Assembly (NCBI GenBank): GCA_046761065.1
Contig: JBHIFL010000071.1
Location: forward strand, 1 to 19,998
DNA length: 19,998 bases
Source of the DNA: Candidatus Heimdallarchaeota archaeon
GTDB lineage: Archaea > Asgardarchaeota > Wukongarchaeia > Wukongarchaeales > JBHIFL01
Reading direction: 5' to 3'
Every line of letters starts with the position of its first letter. Within the stretch, counting starts at the first letter, position 1. Both the position numbers and the translations under genes were made by a program. Below are positions 17,004 to 19,998 of the stretch, in pieces. The notes beneath the pieces were generated by a model. The model was not told where the DNA came from, did not search any database, and saw only the letters and a list, made by a program, of their open reading frames with translations.

Positions 17004-18293
17004 ATGGAAATGCATTCTCTTCCAAAAACTGAGGAACACTATTTAGAAGATAAACGAGAACTTTTCAGTAAAGTTGTTTGGACGGGAGAGGTTAACGGGG
17101 CGCCCGTACTCATTGTTAATCAGACGATCTTCTATCCCGAGGCCGGAGGCCAGCCTGCGGATGAGGGTTGGCTTGTTCTTCAGACCGGTGAACAAATACG
17201 GGTCGTTGGAGCAAGAAAAACGGAGAATTCTATCGTCTTGCTCCTAGACCCTAAAGCCAAAGAGCGAATACCTAGCAAAGACGAACAGGTTACTCAACGC
17301 ATTGATTGGGATCTCCGAATGGCGCATGTACGGCATCATTCCGCCTGTCATCTCTTATTACCTGTGTTCCAAGAAATCTTAGGCGAAATACGACCCCATG
17401 GGGCTGGTTTATCAGCGGATAAAGCTCGGATCGATCTCGAAGTGGAAGGGAAAATTAGCTCGGGGGATCTGAGACGCATTGAAAACCGGGCCTACAAGCT
17501 TATTTTGGAAAACCGCCCCATGATCTCCCAATTTCTCCCCCGGGAGAAGGCTGAAACACAGTATGGAATTGACCAACTCTATTGGAGCGAACCCCCGCCT
17601 CCCGAAGCGACCACCATCCGCATTACGCAGATTCAGGGGATGCCTGCCTATGCCTGTGGTGGCACTCACGTCTCCTCAACAGCTGAAATCGGATTGATCA
17701 AATTTGTTAGCCGGTCTAGGCTTGAAGGGGGGGTGGACCGGATCGAATTGGTCGCCGGCGCTCCAGCCTTCAAACTGATTCAACAACAACTGAAGGCCCT
17801 TGAAAAAACCTCCCGAGTTTTTGAAAGTGGCCTCCTAGACGTCCCTACTTTCGCAAATCGGTTAAAGTTACGCATCAAAACACTTGATAAGGAGTTGAAA
17901 GATACAAAGGACGAGTTGCTCAAATATAAAACAGACGATTTCTTGAAGACTGCCAAACCAATCGGCCAGTATAAATTATTTGCGGCCGAATTGGAAGATT
18001 TTGCACTTCCAGATCTTGAGAACCTTGTCAAGTCCCTTGTCGAAAAAGATCCAGACCTTGTTGCTTTGGCTGGCTCGGTTGCTGAGAAAGCGATGCTTGC
18101 CGGCGCTACAGGTGAGAATGTTCCTGATGTCCGTCTTTTGAACGCCATCCGGGAAGCCACCTCTCTACTTGGAGGCGGCGCCGGAGGAGGCCCCACCTTT
18201 GCGCGTGGTGGGGGCCCAAAACGCAATAAACTGAAAGACGCCCTGAAACAGGCCAAAGCTACTATCATTAAACACCTTCAAGATAAAGAGTAA
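17004..18293 (+). CDS. Alanyl-tRNA editing protein (AlaX-like) with coiled coil and C-Ala/DHHA1 domain; possibly the beta subunit of a split AlaRS
   Basis: FYPEAGGQPAD.G, Zn motifs HHSACH and CGGTH, and C-terminal GGGAGGGPTFARGGG (DHHA1). No aminoacylation domain. The start may be ATG 17010. Confidence 0.9.
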   Translation: MEMHSLPKTEEHYLEDKRELFSKVVWTGEVNGAPVLIVNQTIFYPEAGGQPADEGWLVLQTGEQIRVVGARKTENSIVLLLDPKAKERIPSKDEQVTQRIDWDLRMAHVRHHSACHLLLPVFQEILGEIRPHGAGLSADKARIDLEVEGKISSGDLRRIENRAYKLILENRPMISQFLPREKAETQYGIDQLYWSEPPPPEATTIRITQIQGMPAYACGGTHVSSTAEIGLIKFVSRSRLEGGVDRIELVAGAPAFKLIQQQLKALEKTSRVFESGLLDVPTFANRLKLRIKTLDKELKDTKDELLKYKTDDFLKTAKPIGQYKLFAAELEDFALPDLENLVKSLVEKDPDLVALAGSVAEKAMLAGATGENVPDVRLLNAIREATSLLGGGAGGGPTFARGGGPKRNKLKDALKQAKATIIKHLQDKE

Positions 18294-18359
18294 AGCTATA
18301 GCTTTGAAACATCTTGAAACGGAGAATCCATTCTGTGGGATATCAACCACTACGCATAC

Positions 18360-19034
18360 TTAAGCGGTTACTGCGTGTTTTTCCTTCGAACTATGAACCC
18401 CCCAACCCTTGAAATTGATCGTGAGCTCAAATTTCTTGTTATCCGGACAGTTCACCTGTAACCGGACTTGATCTTCGTTCCGAGAGACGTTAACCGGGGT
18501 CAGGCAGCCTTCTCTCAGTTTCTCCATCAGAAAGGATACAAAATGCTTGGTATTTTTCTTGAAGTTCCCATTGACAAACTGCTCCCCCAGTTTCCCAAGA
18601 AACACCCGGACTTCTCGCCCATCCCGAAACCGCTCAACTAACTCAATCGTTTCAAACCGGGTCAAATGGTATCTCACCGTGTCGTGATGAACCCCTACCG
18701 CATCAGCTATTTTCTGTTGATTGATCCCTGGATGATCGATCACGTGGTGAAAAATCTGCTGAGCGGTTTTACTCCTTAACGCGGCAAATGCTCTCGCACA
18801 TTCAACATTGGTTAACTTTTGGGGATAGAAGATCCGCTTCCCTCCATATTTCGTGGAACGCAAGAGCTCCTCTTCCTCCAATCGGCGAAGATGCCAGTCT
18901 AGTGTCCCTTGCGATGTGGTCATCTTCGATGCTAGCCGGAAAAAATGGATCCCTGGGCATTCACACACCGTCTCGTAGATCCGCCGGCGAATTGGATTCA
19001 AGAGCAGGCTTAACTGTTTATGACTTTGTGGCAT
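18360..19034 (-). CDS. Double winged-HTH transcriptional regulator (archaeal type)
   Basis: Two repeats: RRRIYE.V...PGIHF..L....GTL.WHL..LE and AQQIF..VIDHPGINQ..IA...HDTVRYHL..FE, plus a small C-terminal domain. Confidence 0.88.
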   Translation of the reverse strand: MPQSHKQLSLLLNPIRRRIYETVCECPGIHFFRLASKMTTSQGTLDWHLRRLEEEELLRSTKYGGKRIFYPQKLTNVECARAFAALRSKTAQQIFHHVIDHPGINQQKIADAVGVHHDTVRYHLTRFETIELVERFRDGREVRVFLGKLGEQFVNGNFKKNTKHFVSFLMEKLREGCLTPVNVSRNEDQVRLQVNCPDNKKFELTINFKGWGVHSSKEKHAVTA

Positions 19035-19103
19035 AACTGCACCACCAATCCCTTCTATTCTTTCACATTAATGCTTTCGAACATCGTCATGTCATTTGGA
19101 TCA

Positions 19104-19877
19104 TCACCGGATCAACCCCGGAAATGATCCATCGATTTGATCCAAGATCAGTTTCCCTAACTCTGAGATTCGATACGTTCGAAGGTATCTTTGTCCGAAT
19201 TGCACCCTTTGCGGTATTACCAGGCCTTTTTCCTCCAGTATGCGTAGATTTTCTGCTACTACAAATTCTGGCAGGCTTAGCTCCTCTACTATCTTTGCAA
19301 AGGTATGGCGGCGTTGATCCCCCATGTACGTTAAAATCCTCAGCTTTGGGAGATCTGAGGGGTTAAGACCAAACTCTGTGGAATTCAAGTGGCTTGTTGG
19401 AAAGATTCGTGCGATTTCCATTTCAATTTCATATCTGAGGTACCCCAGCCTGTTTGGGTTATCCAAACAACTCTGCAAGCTAGGTTTCTCCTCTAACATG
19501 GTCATTAACTCTATTGTTCGATCCATTAAACCAAATATTTGCTCCCGGATGTGTGTATAATGGACCATCGCTTCTTCGTTGACCATTATCGCAACAAACA
19601 ATCGTGTTGTTCCTGCAAGAAATATTCGCTTCTGTTTCGTCGCAATTTCGGTGAGTTCTAAACCCAACGCTTCTAGTGAAAACCCGCAGAGTGCCGACAA
19701 CAAACTGGCAACCATATCCTCTTGGAGCTCTTCCCCTCGGGATCCAATCCAAAGTAGACATTTCCCACTTTTCTCGAAGATCATAATTTGCGTGATTGGC
19801 GGTTGGCTTGGCTTTAGACCGAACTTGCGCGCAACCAGGTCTTCAACTCCTCCTTCACTCCCCTGCGTATAACTCAT
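19104..19877 (-). CDS. Longin/roadblock-like N-terminal domain fused to a C-terminal winged-HTH
   Basis: N-terminal ITQIMIFEKSGKCLL...EDMVASLLSALCGFSLE...LTEI....RIF resembles Asgard longin-like domains. C-terminal LRIL....FAKIVEEL.LP..VV..NL..LEEKGLV......YRISELGK is a wHTH. GAGGTGG RBS at 19886-19892 favours ATG 19877 over 19955. Confidence 0.75.
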   Translation of the reverse strand: MSYTQGSEGGVEDLVARKFGLKPSQPPITQIMIFEKSGKCLLWIGSRGEELQEDMVASLLSALCGFSLEALGLELTEIATKQKRIFLAGTTRLFVAIMVNEEAMVHYTHIREQIFGLMDRTIELMTMLEEKPSLQSCLDNPNRLGYLRYEIEMEIARIFPTSHLNSTEFGLNPSDLPKLRILTYMGDQRRHTFAKIVEELSLPEFVVAENLRILEEKGLVIPQRVQFGQRYLRTYRISELGKLILDQIDGSFPGLIR

Positions 19878-19998
19878 CAACATCTCCACCTCAATTATCT
19901 TGTTAACGGCACGTAGTGGTTCATCATGGGCACGATCTCTCCTAATGACTTTCATTTCCCTTTGGCTACCGCGCTATTGCCGCCCAACACACCTTTTA

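Noticed and set aside
18304-18320. TTGAAAC direct repeats as a CRISPR array
   Set aside because: The copies are only 3 nt apart and there is no full-length repeat or spacer.

Overview
Archaeal chromosomal segment, probably from an Asgard archaeon. The lineage is inferred from a longin-like domain protein, an archaeal-type AlaRS C-terminal half, an archaeal double-wHTH regulator, GGTGA/GGAGG Shine-Dalgarno motifs and TTTAAA-type TATA boxes. Gene content in order: ABC exporter pair; SnoaL/NTF2 protein; two-subunit aconitase X; DUF1848 protein; a frameshifted, nonsense-disrupted NAD-dependent epimerase/SDR pseudogene that the ORF track captures only as a fragment; kynureninase-like class V PLP enzyme; 3-hydroxyacyl-CoA dehydrogenase; four-gene 2-oxoacid:ferredoxin oxidoreductase operon (gamma-delta-alpha-beta); threonine aldolase; orphan NfeD; tandem metallophosphoesterase; free-standing AlaRS editing + C-Ala protein; and two tandem wHTH proteins, one fused to a longin-like domain. 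The most unusual items are a solitary CRISPR-repeat-like element with a possible degenerate second repeat (14975-15097, no cas genes in the window), the longin-wHTH fusion, the AlaRS half with an altered editing pocket, and the AcnX with non-canonical substrate motifs. No tRNA, rRNA, transposase or full CRISPR array was recognised. All family calls come from motif recognition by eye, not from database searches.
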